Of a stretch of DNA of 64,000 nucleotides, positions 10,533 through 22,928 are shown piece by piece. The DNA comes from Takakia lepidozioides (lineage: Eukaryota > Plantae > Bryophyta). Each line of letters opens with the position of its first letter. Position 1 is the first letter of the stretch. The translations under genes were made by a program, and so were the position numbers. The stretch covers positions 63,736,001 through 63,800,000 of the forward strand of contig CM060732.1 of assembly GCA_030704615.1 (NCBI GenBank). The letters run 5' to 3'. The notes below the pieces were generated by a model. That model was given only the letters and a program-made list of their open reading frames with translations. It had not been told where the DNA came from and searched no databases.

Positions 10533-12798
10533 AACAGCCAACCTGAAAGGAAAGAGGTCATTTCCAGAATGCAGTTGGAAAGGTCTCAGTGTCTTGTTTA
10601 CTGTATTATGTATGAGAAATCAAATTGAATGAGCTGTGTGTGCTGCCTGTGGTGAGGATACAGCTCAAGTGATCATTGATTGACACAGTCAACAGGAAAT
10701 CGGATTGCAGAGGAAATTGCAAGGAATGGAAAGCAAGAAGAAATCCTCTATGTACCAGGGCCTGAAAATATTCCATGTACTTGTTTAACAAACAGTCCCC
10801 CAAAGATACAGCAAAACTTACTAGAGGGTGATTTCTGCAGTGACCTTGGAAAATCCAAGCATTTCCTTGTATATTCCTTGTACTTTGACAAAAGCTGCAA
10901 AGACTTGCGAAGATCACACACTTTTGGAGTAATAGACGAATGTAAGAACCACTTCTAGATCTGGGTGCTGGATTCCAACTACTCCTTAAGTCTGTCTCAG
11001 ATAAATGCTTATTTTTCCTCTAGACTATTTAACTTGTTCCACCATATAGATATGACAGTTATCTCTTTGTCGAAGTAAAACAACATATTGGTGTGCAAAG
11101 GTGTGCACCCGTGATTGTGGAAATGTTACTACTACTACATCCCGTCTGCTCCTATGTGACGCGAATCAATCTACATGGCAAACTGTGCAGATCATTAATG
11201 AAAGAGTTCAATTGCTCAATGTCATTCCTATAATGTATCCTGCAACAAAGGTATGATACAAATGGTCATCCTCAAAGACAACTCCACCTTCCGTCCACAT
11301 ACTGCTAGGGATTCTAGATGCAGTTGTCTCAGTCTCCACTCTTCAGTAGAAAAGACATTGATGCCTTATTGGTGAATACCCTTACACCAAACTGTGAAGC
11401 ACATTCTCAATGACTGTCATTAACACCTACCAGTGACAGTGCATATTACGGCTAGTATCCTCTCAATGATACAGAAAAACAAGAATGCTGTGAAGAAAAC
11501 CTTCGGTTCCATGGCCTTGGCAAGACTGAGATCCATACAGCTCCGTCCTGCACAGAAAGGAACAGCTTCAGGTCTGGAATAATCTCTCTATGTTATGGAC
11601 CTCTTCTACAAAAACCAACAATGATCACCCCTTAACTAGTGAAGCTACTGGGTTCATTGCCAGTACCTCTCCATCAGCTCTGAGCTTCTTATCAGAGTAT
11701 ATGAATCCTCTCTGGTGCTCCTACCTCTGAATGCATGTGCAAGGTATCACCACCTCAGAATCTACGTGCCAGGTACCCCACCTCTAAACTCAGGTCTCCG
11801 TAGCTCTTTCCCAATCTAAGGTATGAGTCTCCCTTTGCAATAAATCTCTCTTCTTTCTTTACTTTTCAGTGGCCCCAGACACATCAGGTAGGAATCCATG
11901 AGCGTCAATGGCTTGAATGATGAGGAAGTTTATTTGTCGGTATATGACAGAGCAGTACTATCAGACTCTGCTCTCGTAGGCTACTTGTGCCTCAGCTTGA
12001 AGACAAACCACTACTTATCACCTGACAAACTGCTAAAACAATAAGGATCTAAAACCATCCCCGCACATTGCAGGTGTCAAAAAGCTGGAAATTCCATGAA
12101 GCATGAAATATGGTAAAACCTTTCTCCAGCAAAGAATTTTACTGGCATTTCTTCAAGGAATGAAGAAACATCCTCCATACATTTGTATCTATACACACTA
12201 TCATCTCCTTGTTAGTAATTTGTTCTTCATTCAGGTGTCATAGGAAACCATCTTCCATAGAATCATAACCCTTCAGATGGAATTCAGTTTCTGAGTACCA
12301 TTCACCAACTGCTGAACACCACTGTATAGATTGACTCCACTACAGTAGTTTCTATTCAAATGTCCAATCTACCAAATGGCAATCAAACTATAAGCCAGAC
12401 AGTAGAAAAGGACATGCAGATAGAAACATTGCAACGCTAAACCGTCTATCCATAACCGCCGCATCCAAAACCTGAAGAGAAAAGGAAATTAAAATCCCAA
12501 CAACCCGATGCAATTCGCATGATGCAAAACCAAGGGGAGAGAGGGGAATATTAGGGCACACGTAGTAGAGTAACGTGAATCGAATAACCTTGCATGACGC
12601 GAAAACAGGTTCACATGACTCCCGTGATCATCGTCATCCTCAGGGAGAAAACAAAAACTGCCAACATTCAGGCAGTAAGGTAACATGACCGTTGCCAAAT
12701 CAACCAGCCGATGTTTCGACCACGAAAGAGAAACCTAAATTTCCAATTTCCAATTCCGTTACAGATTAAGAGGACAAGAGAAACTCACATGATTGTAC

Positions 12799-13020
12799 TT
12801 AATTGTAGTAAAGTTCAAGGCCCATGCCATCGTGAATCTCATAGTCGGCCAGCGTGATGTGGTCCTTGTAGATTGTGTACCATTTTTGGATGCGAATCTT
12901 CTCAGGCCGGGTGCCAGTCTGCGCAGCTACCAGCTTTTTCAGATCGCCAATAGTGTCGTCTTCGTTGCATTTGACACGCACCTTCTTGCCCAACCTGTCG
13001 TTGAGAACCACCTCAATCAT
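12799..13020 (-). CDS. UBL5: Ubiquitin-like protein 5 (Hub1)
   Basis: 73-aa [18 protein letters not shown]...[12 protein letters not shown] with the canonical C-terminal di-tyrosine. Intronless CDS. Confidence 0.98.
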   Translation of the reverse strand: MIEVVLNDRLGKKVRVKCNEDDTIGDLKKLVAAQTGTRPEKIRIQKWYTIYKDHITLADYEIHDGMGLELYYN

Positions 13021-13622
13021 GGTTCCTGGCTATGATCGCTGCAGTGTATAGATACGACTGACCGACCACCCTCAAGACCCAAAATCCTTCACACAAATCA
13101 GAGTCTAGCACCACTCCCAACCCACAATCCACAAGAACAAATCTCTTGCGATTCCTTGCGCAGTACTCAAACAGGGAAGATGAATTGCCGCGGGAGTGAA
13201 GAGGCAACTTCTCATTCTTCAATCTGGTCTCCTGAGATGGGCCAACCAGAGAACAGAAAAATCCCTCTAGGGAAAAACTGGAACGTAAGATCTCTTGTTT
13301 GTTTTTGTACTTTTCAACCGCAGATTATAAGATAATGGATGGCATGGATGTGTTTCTCCCTTGTTTGGAAAAGGTGGGCCTGTCGAGGCTGGTCGTGTAG
13401 AGTCGAGGAAATTCAACCCCGTCACCGCCTCGACAGTTGTAGGAGCAATCCATAAGCAGATTTTTTTTGCCAGATTTTTGTGGGCGGCAACAATCTGAGA
13501 GAGAGAAGGGGGAAGAGGAGGGTTGTGTAGATCTCAATTGTAGCTCTGCTCATCAGGAATCGGTAAGTTGTGAGGGAGGGGGGCTGGTTTGATTAGAGGA
13601 TTTGGGAAGAGTGGAAGAAATC

Positions 13623-15407
13623 ATGAGCGCCCCACAGGAGCAGCCACAGAACTCGAAATCAGAGACCCCTCCGCCTTCAGGAACGTCGGCATGCAGGAAG
13701 AAGAAGTCAGACAGCACATCCACAACGTTTTTCGGGGATATAGTGGATCATATCGACGAGTTTGTGAACGCCTCTATGGATGAACACAAATCGTGCTTCA
13801 AGAAAACCCTCAACAAGGTTCTCTCTGTCTCTCTGGCCTCAGCTCCTGTTTTGCTTTGTCGCTCAGTTTCTTCGGCCGCAAGGCGACAGCATGCAAAGTC
13901 CAATGATGTCATCATCATCTGTGACAATTCCTCTTTAGTATGTATGAGAATCTAGAGCTTTCTCTGGTAAGCAAAACATGGTATGCCTCCATGGTAAATT
14001 GATATAAACATAGTACGGTTGCTAGGCAATTGTTGTACTTCTCCCCGGGGTAGGAAGGAAGCCAACAGAAGAGGGGCAGAAGGAAGAGGGGGAGAAAGAG
14101 ATTGGGTTAGGTATGAGGCGAAGGGAAAATTGAGATGGGGACGGATGAAGGGGGAGAGAAGCACCCAAAGGAATTAGTGTTTTTCAAGGCTTTAGTGGGT
14201 AGCGAATTGTGGAACCAAAGCAAGCCCGTTGTCTCGCGTGCAGTGCAGATTATGTTGATCACCTCCCCTTTCCTTGAAATGTAATCCGTCAGGTCCCACC
14301 ATGCAAAGTTAGGGTCCATAATATGCCAGAGTTGCTTCCTCCTAAGATGCAGCTCTCTCTCTTTCTCTCCTCTTTGTGTTCCGCTCAAACTGGGCACGGG
14401 GTCAATGGCCACAAGGTGACGGCAAACAACGTCTTATGAGTACATACTCTCGTTTTTTGTAAGTCAATGGCCCATGTGCAAGACAACGGCCATTTTCTGA
14501 TACAATCTCCTGGGTATTCACCCCAGAGAGCGACCCTCTTCAGGACCATCAAGAGCATAGTCCCTGCACCTCTGTTCACAATCTTCCAAAGGGTTGAGCC
14601 TAAAAGCCTTGATCCTGTTGGGGTCTAATTGCTGGGCAGCTCACACACTGCAGAATTATGCATCTGTGAAGGGCTTTCCAGAGAAGATCTGGAAAGGTCA
14701 AACTAATTGTTTGTGTCAAGGTAAGTTGCACTACTGGAGTGAGGCCCCCACAAAGGTAGTGGCTGTTCCCTCTTTTTCCACCCAAACTGGGCACAGGATC
14801 TATGGCCACAAGGCTACAGCAAACAAGGTCTTATGAGTACATTATCTCGAGCTGGAAGGCATTGGTGCCAGTTTTAAAATCAACCTCACACTTCGGAGTG
14901 TGCAGTTATTGTCATCAGATATGCCAGTTTGTTGTCTGCTGTTGCTTACCACCATTGCCAGCTTGGGTTTGGTCTGGTATTCCCTGATGGGCTCGGAGTG
15001 AAATACCCTGAAGGGTGGGCATACGTTAGTCACAGGCAACAAGCTCTCTTTTTGGGGGTCAGGTGGACATATTCTTGTCTCATGTGGAATCCCTGTTTTC
15101 TCTGGGTCTTGAGCTTCTCATTTCGGTAAGTAGTCCCCAATTTGGTACACATGACACCAGACCGTAACCATGTGCATCTGCCTTTTGAGCACTAACCTAA
15201 CATCCGGATGCCTCTCCTCTCCACAAAATCCCTTACTCTCTCCTTATGGCACGCCCTGATTTGCTCATCCAGAATGCTGAAGTTCCATCTCTCTCTTCGC
15301 TGCAGATGTTTGGCATGTCGAAGGCGGTATCGAATGGAGGAGGGACCCCATCCTCCGCAGCTCCTGTGGAGAGCGTGATGTCTAGGCCAGCAACAACATC
15401 CGATTAG
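13623..15407 (+). CDS. Small conserved plant protein of unknown function (98 aa); exons 13623-13817 and 15306-15407
   Basis: CRKKKS...DHIDEFVNASMDEHKSCFKKTLNK joins MFGMSKAV across a phase-0 GT..AG intron. Resembles a conserved plant family. Confidence 0.85.
14382..14841 (+). repeat. Intronic dispersed repeat (LINE-3'-like remnant) with an internal ~60-bp direct repeat
   Basis: CAAACTGGGCAC...TGGCCACAAGG...CTTATGAGTACA occurs at ~14385 and ~14783. A homologous copy lies on the opposite strand at 21583-21960. Confidence 0.65.
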
Positions 15408-17185
15408 CATGACTCGGTTTTTGGGTTTTGTATGGGAAAAGTTGCCCATGTCTTGATGAAGAGCTTATTGTACAGCTCGTTTTTGGTTGAACTTGATGAC
15501 CTTTCCAATTAGATGCGCGGGTGCTGTTAATGCACTTTTTGATTCTGAGGCACACTGTTTTGCATCAGGCCGTAGTGGAAGTATAGGGAGGTTGGGTAGA
15601 GGGAGACCTCTTCTCTTTGGATTACTGCTGCAATTGTGTACATACAGCACTCAGATAGTATGGGTGTAAAAAGTGATCATCTTGGTGGAGAGTTTTTTGC
15701 CCAATCATAGGTTCATAGTTTAATTTTTCTTCTTTGAGCGTATCAATGTGTTTTCCCTTCTGACACTGTTTAATTTTGCCTACTATATGTGGCCACACAT
15801 CTGATACATTCCTGGGTACATGTATATTGAAGGGTGGATCTGGCAGCTTTTTGAAGTTTCCACATAATCACATCAGGACTGCTAATTTCGAACCATCTGG
15901 TGAGAAGTTTTGACACAAATATTGAGAAGGTTCAGTGACCATCTTTAGAGATCTTATAGATTAGCAGATGATATCAAGGACATTTTCCTACAGAGTCATG
16001 GTTGACCAAGCCCCGCATGCTTGCAAAGGAAACCACCCCGTAGCTACTGTCTAGCTTTTCAACCAAAGTAGTGCTTGTACTGCCTGTTTATATCTATCTC
16101 CTGCATGACCCAGGTTGGAGATGGGACATTACATTTGGGCTTGATGTAAAGGACAGCTAGTTTCCATATGTAATGGATACTGACTGTGCATGAGTCTTAA
16201 CATGCCTATCATTTTTTAGTGTTATCAGACATTGGTAAGGTATCAATGTTGAGATGCTCCTCTTGCAGATGATTAACATTCCTGCCATATCAACTTCTCT
16301 CGTGAGTTGCAAAGGGGAACTTCAGCTGTCTTTTATTTTCATTTCATATGGAACCTCTACCATGACACTATATTTACTTTCATACCAGAATTCCAATTGG
16401 AAATGGGGTCTCAAAGCTATTGTAGTGCAAAGTTGAACAGCTCTATATGCATACCCATCACTGAACCCTCACAGCCATCCATCCACTCTGCATAGAAGGC
16501 AGTAGATGACTCGGCAGAGAAGGTGTTGAATGACATGCTTTTACTTGGACAACATCTTGAGCTCTTGCATGTAAACATGTAAAAAGTAAACATGCTTGTT
16601 CTCATGCTTGGGATCGCTTTTCCTGACAGTTGTGCATCAGCACTTTGGGCAATGTGGTCCTATATGAATTCCTTCCAGAAACTTAAAAGTTAGACATGGC
16701 CACTAGAATGGATCGGCGAAGTTTGGATCAACACCCAAACTCACAATATCCAGTTGCCATAAACTACTTTCCCATGATCCAAAATAGAGCTGCATTACAG
16801 CTGCTCCACTGATAAACTGCATGCACACATTATCACAAGGGTTTTTACCTCAAGTAGGTGGTAAACAGTCATCCCAAGGCAGGCCGAGCCCATATATCCA
16901 GATATACTGCCAGCCTGGTACAGTGCTGTCAAAACCCATTTGTCAGTTAAGCCCAGGACTGCAACAAAATAACAATGACAGATCTCCAATATGCCTGGAT
17001 ATTTGACTCAATTTTTGAAACTTTGTACCTCAAAACTTGTGATAAAAAGATTGAAAAAACCCATTAGCTTCTATGCAGGGTCCTCCTCTGGTTTGTTTGC
17101 TGATGTCATCCCCCGCAAAGAGAAGCTGGTCCTTGACCAGGACTAGCCTTAAACAATGATTCAAGACACAGGCAGGCGTAACAGT

Positions 17186-18688
17186 TTACTTTGGTGTCAA
17201 TTTCTTCAGTAGTTCTGCATGAGGAAAACTATCCTTGTCAATATAGTAGAAATTGCCATTAGCCACAAAAGTTACAACAGGGCGCTGTGTCTCGGGTGCC
17301 TTCACATCTGAGAGCCGGATCGTTCGACGCAGAGGAGTAGCCAGCCAAGAGAGCACCTCTACCTCAATTTCATTTGATCCGGGGGTCCAGGTCAACTTAC
17401 GGACATAAGGGCTTGCGAACCAATGCAGAGCGGCTGTTGTTGATGCACTGAGCATCACCAAGGTTGAGGCAATCGCCCCTTTGGCAATCACAGAAAGGTC
17501 CGGAGATGTAAAAAAAGTGACAATTGGCCCACCTGCCAGAATTTAGACCTATTAGAATATACAAATCATACTTGCACATACAGCACAGACAATCTCTTTG
17601 TGTATTTCTCTTGACTGGGAGAACATCTGCATCAGCAGGAGGGAAACCCCCTGTATCACATCTACACAAGGTAGGGAGGGAAGGGTGGAGTAAACTTTAT
17701 TTCCCTGTAGCCAGAATATCAAACCCTGTGTACCAGGACCAGGACTTTTTGGGCTAAATCCTGGTACACAAACACCCACGATTGACTCCAGCAGGGTGCA
17801 AACCTCTCGGGTACTATGCTCTCCGGGTAAACCAACATGCAAGTCAATTGCAGGGAACGTGTCTATTTCAATCTGGAAGTTGCAGATCCAAATATCATGG
17901 TGAAGCAGACCTAAGAGATTAACAATCTGCACCAGAGCTGATGGGCATAGATTGGATTGAGGACATTTCACCACCAACTGTCATGCATGGCAGCTATCAT
18001 TACTCAATTATAAATCCCCATGGTGACCTCCAGACATGTCTGAATTTGCAGTCTATCCAAGTCAAAGCCGAGAAAAGAATGTTATTACCTCAGCGCTGAT
18101 CTGAATTAGATCATGTGAAAGGGAATGTTGGGCCCTACACCATAGCCTTATCAGTACTACAAGGGCTTCACGCTGAGCCGGGATGTTTGCATATACCCCG
18201 ATCGAGCTATTTCGGACATACTGTGGGGAAATCCTAACCTCAATGCCATGAGTCTTGTATCACACTACCTGCGACTGAGAGACAGCAAGTTGTAAGAGAA
18301 AGGAGCTTCACGCGTCGCAGAGTGTCAGTCATCACCCCCTCATACACCACAGTTGCAGGCTTCTCGTCGACTTCTGAGACCCGGTACTGCTTCCTCTCTT
18401 TCTCTTTGGTCAAAACTTGGGTAGCCCATCTCTGCTGTTGCAAGGCAGTGCCAAAAAGACTGGCCGGTCCGATCGTGCCCCGGCTACATGCTTGCCTGCA
18501 GCCTGCAGCTCCCATTCAGACCCATCAACTTCCACATTCTCCCCCACAATGCAGCATGTGTGAAAATTCAATTCGGCAGCCAACACATTCCCACCCATTA
18601 CAGGAAAGACAGGCACATGCAAGCAGGATGCAGGGAGCAGAGAGTAGTGAAAGAACCCACCAGCCCTGATCAGAGCAGCTCCCACCAT
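17186..18688 (-). CDS. Mitochondrial TMEM70/DUF1301-family protein (202 aa); exons 18688-18661, 18502-18269, 17532-17186
   Basis: The spliced frame stays open (609 nt). It has an R-rich presequence, YEG..TDTLRRVKLLSLTTCCLSVAGGP and TTAALHWFASPYV, typical of the TMEM70/TMEM186/TMEM223 group. Confidence 0.85.
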
Positions 18689-19541
18689 CGCCGAAATGTC
18701 AACCTTGACAGACGAAATTAGGGTTTAATAAAGATTGTCGGTCATGGTCATGGGAAGAAATCCCCTTCCGGGAATGAATGAATAGGAATTTGGCAGACCC
18801 AGCTCGCATTCCAAACAGATGAATGTGTCCACAGTTGTATGAGGATTCCCTTAATCTTGATTCAACCACCGCAACCAAACTGGGTTATGCAAATGCCGTT
18901 GTTTTAGTGAAGAATCAGAATGTGTTGGAAGTGATGGTGCGAGGGTGTGGCCAAGATGTGTACTTGTTTGAATGCAGTCTTTTGGCGCCATGTCAGACTG
19001 TTCACCTGCTCCCACCTGCAGGCTCGCCTTCTCCTTCTCCAACTGTGGGGCCCTTTGCCCTTTTGGGAATGTTGAACCCAGGACCCCTGCAGATTGCTAA
19101 CCAAAACTATTGGGGACTCCCACTGGGAAGTTTGGAAATTCCCTGTTGGTAGACAAACTGAAAACTGCTGGGCTGCAGGCAGGTTTTTGAATCTCACGCC
19201 ATTTCTTGTCTGATCTTAGATACTGCTTGGCAGTGGGCGAAGCTCTGAAAGTATGTAGATGGACCTCTGCACCTGGATCTTGACGCTGCGTAGCTAACGG
19301 GTGCTGGGTTTCATAGCCTTGGTTTCGTCGAGTTCACGGGTGGGTCTGCGCTCCTTACGTGAATACTTACCATGCAGGATACTTTCCTCGGTCGAACCTG
19401 GAATCCTATCTATTCTGAATTGGTGATGATCTAAAGAGCAGGTCATTTCAGCTCTGTTTCGTTTTGGGTTTGGAAGATCTGCTCTTCCCGAGGACTCCTA
19501 CAATATGTACTGTGCATTACTGCCTCGCTTCTGCAAATGAC

Positions 19542-22437
19542 ATGCATTTGGAGGATCTGCTCTTGTATGAAGTCCAGAGGTATCTGCACCTCTTGGATAA
19601 TCTGTTGTGCGGACGGCAGTTGCACAAGCAGGTTGAGAAAGGACTTGAAGATATCAGCAGGTAGAGGGAGAAACGGATAGATGGATAAGTCGATGCTTGT
19701 TCCACAATTATGATATACTTTTCTTCGGCAAGTGTCGATAATGCCAGCGACATTGCTTGGATTTGTACCAAGTTCCACCAATTCAACAAGATCGGATCAG
19801 CCAAGCGTCTCTGAAGATCCGCACGGGGTCGTGGCTGGGAATGTTACATAGTTTTTGCCTGAGAATAGAGAAGACGAGAGTTTTTTTTCAAAGTGATAAG
19901 GAAGTCTCCTCTTGAACTCGATCATATTTCAGTTTATGGAAGCGCAGCACATTGGTTACCATTTTCCATCAGGAGCTCTCTACCATGGTAGCTTTCTTAA
20001 TCTGATTTACAACCATCCAACAGCGAGCGGTACTGGTGTTCTGCGGCATGCTATGTCGTCGACTTATCAGCAGATTTCCATGCATGGCCCCTTTCTTGAC
20101 TTTTAATCTGATCAACAGCAGGCGGTGGCTCTGAAAGTCATTCTCTGTAAAGTAGGTCAATGTGCACTCGATCAGAAAGGATTTTCAAGCTTCCGCAGAG
20201 GAGTGGATTGGCCTGTACTTGGATCTTCAGTTGCCTGACCTTTAAATTCCCGTCTTTGAAAGGAATGTTACTGCAAACCAACTTCACAGAAGCATGAGAA
20301 GATTATTCTAAATGGAAGGCGAGCAGAGATAGGTAGGTATAACCACTGGGACAAGTATGTTCATGTGCATACTTGGATGGAGTTGGAGCGAAGTTGCTGC
20401 AGGGGGGTTTAAAATGTCCAATCTAAGCCTTCAGCAAGTGGCCGTATTGTCACATTTGAGTCGCTTTTTTGTCATATCCTCAGTAGGGCGGTTTGTTCCT
20501 CTTTGCACATTCGATGTTCACAAGCTATGGTGGGGATCACTTTGTGATCGGAGGCTGATTAGAAAGTAAACACACTTTAGCTATTGAGCACTTTAGCTTT
20601 GGAATCCTCTCTACCAGTTGTCAATAGTCTCTGCTCTGCTGCACGTGTGAACAGCTTGACCCTTGCACATTAAAGCCACAAAAATTCTATGAAGGGGCCA
20701 GGTAAGGCTTGTTGCACGTCAGAATGAGCCACTGCTGGTGTAAGTGTGAAGCAGGCCTGGGCCAATGTGGCCCAAAAGTGCCTCGCCTGAAGTCTCTCTT
20801 CAATGCACACAAAAATTATGATGAAGCCTCTCTCCGTCGCGGGGACCGCCAGGCTGAGCTGCAGGTCATTTGGGAGGTCAGCACCAACCCTCTTTTGTCT
20901 GTGTGCTTCTGTATCTACCTCCATTCTGACCTTGTATTTAGGCTGTCTGTCCGTTCCTATTTCTGTCTTCCCCTCACAGATTTTTGTCAGTCTGATGTTG
21001 TGTAACAGCATCTTATGGACATTTATGTGGATTTCATATAAAATGGTCTTACTTTTGCAGGAAATTGGTGAAGAGAAGGCACGCCGGCTGGAGGAGCTGC
21101 GACAACTTGTATCAGTGTCAGTGGATAAGGCTTATGACAAGGTTTTTACTTCTCATATTTCTGGAGTGTAACCAAGTGTGGGAATATGGACATTTTGCTA
21201 GTTCTAGCTTGCAACAGATGTCAGGCATGTAATTCTGGTTGCACTGCCAGGCACAGTATTGAGGAAAGGGACAGAAGCCAGAGAGAGTTGTACTCATTGA
21301 ACATCTCCTGCTAATGTGGTTAAGATTTACCCTGCAGGGCCTTTGGATATTAACCTTTGAATGAGTTGTTCAGTTTCTACCTCTAGGGTATGTGGACTCT
21401 CAGCCCAAAATCATCATAGAGCCAACAACAATCTAATTACAGGGAATTGAGTATGAATGTAAGGCCTGATCAAACTTGAAAACTGATTTCCGTGGTTTCT
21501 CTAGCCCATAATCTGACAAATGGTTTGCTGTGTTTGCTTTGCCAAACATGCCGCTCAACTAAAAAATGAAAGAGGGAGAGAATGTACTCATCAGACATTG
21601 TTTGCCGTAGCCTTGTGGCCATTGACCCTGCGCCCAGTTTGAGCGGAACGCAAAGGGACAGAACTTACCTTTGTCAGGTGCTGACGCCGAGAGAGAGAGA
21701 GAGAAAAAAAATGTGGGGCTCCACCCAGGAGTGGGACTTACCTTGGTATAAACAATTAGTTCGAGCTTTCCAGATATCCTCTAGAAAGCTCTTCATGCAA
21801 GCATCGATCTGCTGTGTGTGAGCTGCCCAGCAATTAGACCCCAGGGCCAGGGCTGCCTCAAGATTTTCAATGTTGGTGAACAGAGGTACAAGAAAAATGT
21901 TCTTGATGTTCCTGAAGAGGATCACTCTCTGGTGAGAGTACCCCAACAAATGTATCAGAAATGGATATTGTCTTCAGGCTGCCCACGCATTGGGGCAATT
22001 ACAATCTCCTTTTCCTCTCTGCATCTGTTACTTGTTCAAGGTGGGCTCGTTGCCCTGATTTTAAATTTCAGTCTAGCGCCAAGGGTAGGTAGGCACTTCT
22101 ACACTTCTAAAATGACATATAGAGCCTTCTGACTATGTCACCTGGTAATCTGTTGCATAGGCATTGGAGGAGTCTGTGCGTCGAAGGACTGCATTACAGG
22201 AGAGTGTGGCACATAGTGAGAACAGGCTCAAGGAGCTTCTAGGGCCTGATTCTATGCGAGTACGTAAACGGTCTTTTCTTTTATTGGTGATTCGTCTCTT
22301 CAGTCAAACTGCGCTTGCAACACCATGGTCATGTGCTGCTAGTGATGAGCTCCTTCCCAACCTGTATAACTATGTTCTTGTAGGTGCAATTGACTACAAT
22401 GGAATCCCACTTGGACAGCTCTGACAAGCTACAATAA
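19542..22437 (+). CDS. Putative multi-exon coiled-coil protein of unknown function (5' exons uncertain)
   Basis: Phase-compatible AG/GT-bounded exons at ~20263-20332, ~20755-20864, 21061-21141, ~22161-22259 and 22384-22437 give ...DEASLRRGDRQAELQ/EIGEEKARRLEELRQLV.../ALEESVRRRTALQE.../VQLTTMESHLDSSDKLQ*. Confidence 0.5.
21583..21960 (-). repeat. Second copy of the intronic LINE-like remnant
   Basis: Translates to LGSNCWAAHT...IWKARTNCLYQG, matching LGSNCWAAHT...IWKGQTNCLCQG at 14594-14836. Confidence 0.65.
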
Positions 22438-22928
22438 TTTACTCTATTGATATGGTTATCTGGCGTGTCCTGCACATAATTGTTCTCTAAGTGAAGCTGT
22501 ATGGGGGCAACAGAATGGAATCAATTTTTCGGGTCACATTGCAGGTGGGGAGAGAGTGTACGCCTGGAAAGAAAAATGAGCTTTGTTATATCCTCTAAAA
22601 AAGAGAATGGCCTTGCCAGAATTTGCATTTATTGATGTGCCAAGGTTGTGATTGAGCCTAATCCTTCATACAGTTTGTTCTGTTCTTCAGAAAGACCGAC
22701 TTATATACTAGAGTGAAAACTCTCAGAGAGGGTTTATATTGAGATACGAGGAGAGACAGGTAATGGCAGAAACAACAAACATTAGTGTTAGTGATGAGAT
22801 GAGGGTCTTGGGTAGTCTGGTCATCAGATGAACTCACATTGTCAGACGACAATACACAGAGTCTAAAGACTTGAGGGTTCTTGCAGGCAACTGGACCCAG
22901 GGACCTGTCCCTGCAGGCAAGGTTAGAT

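Noticed and set aside
10540-12400. Possible additional gene
   Set aside because: No recognisable protein motifs or consistent exon chain.
12793-13035. Plus-strand 80-aa ORF
   Set aside because: Antisense shadow of UBL5.
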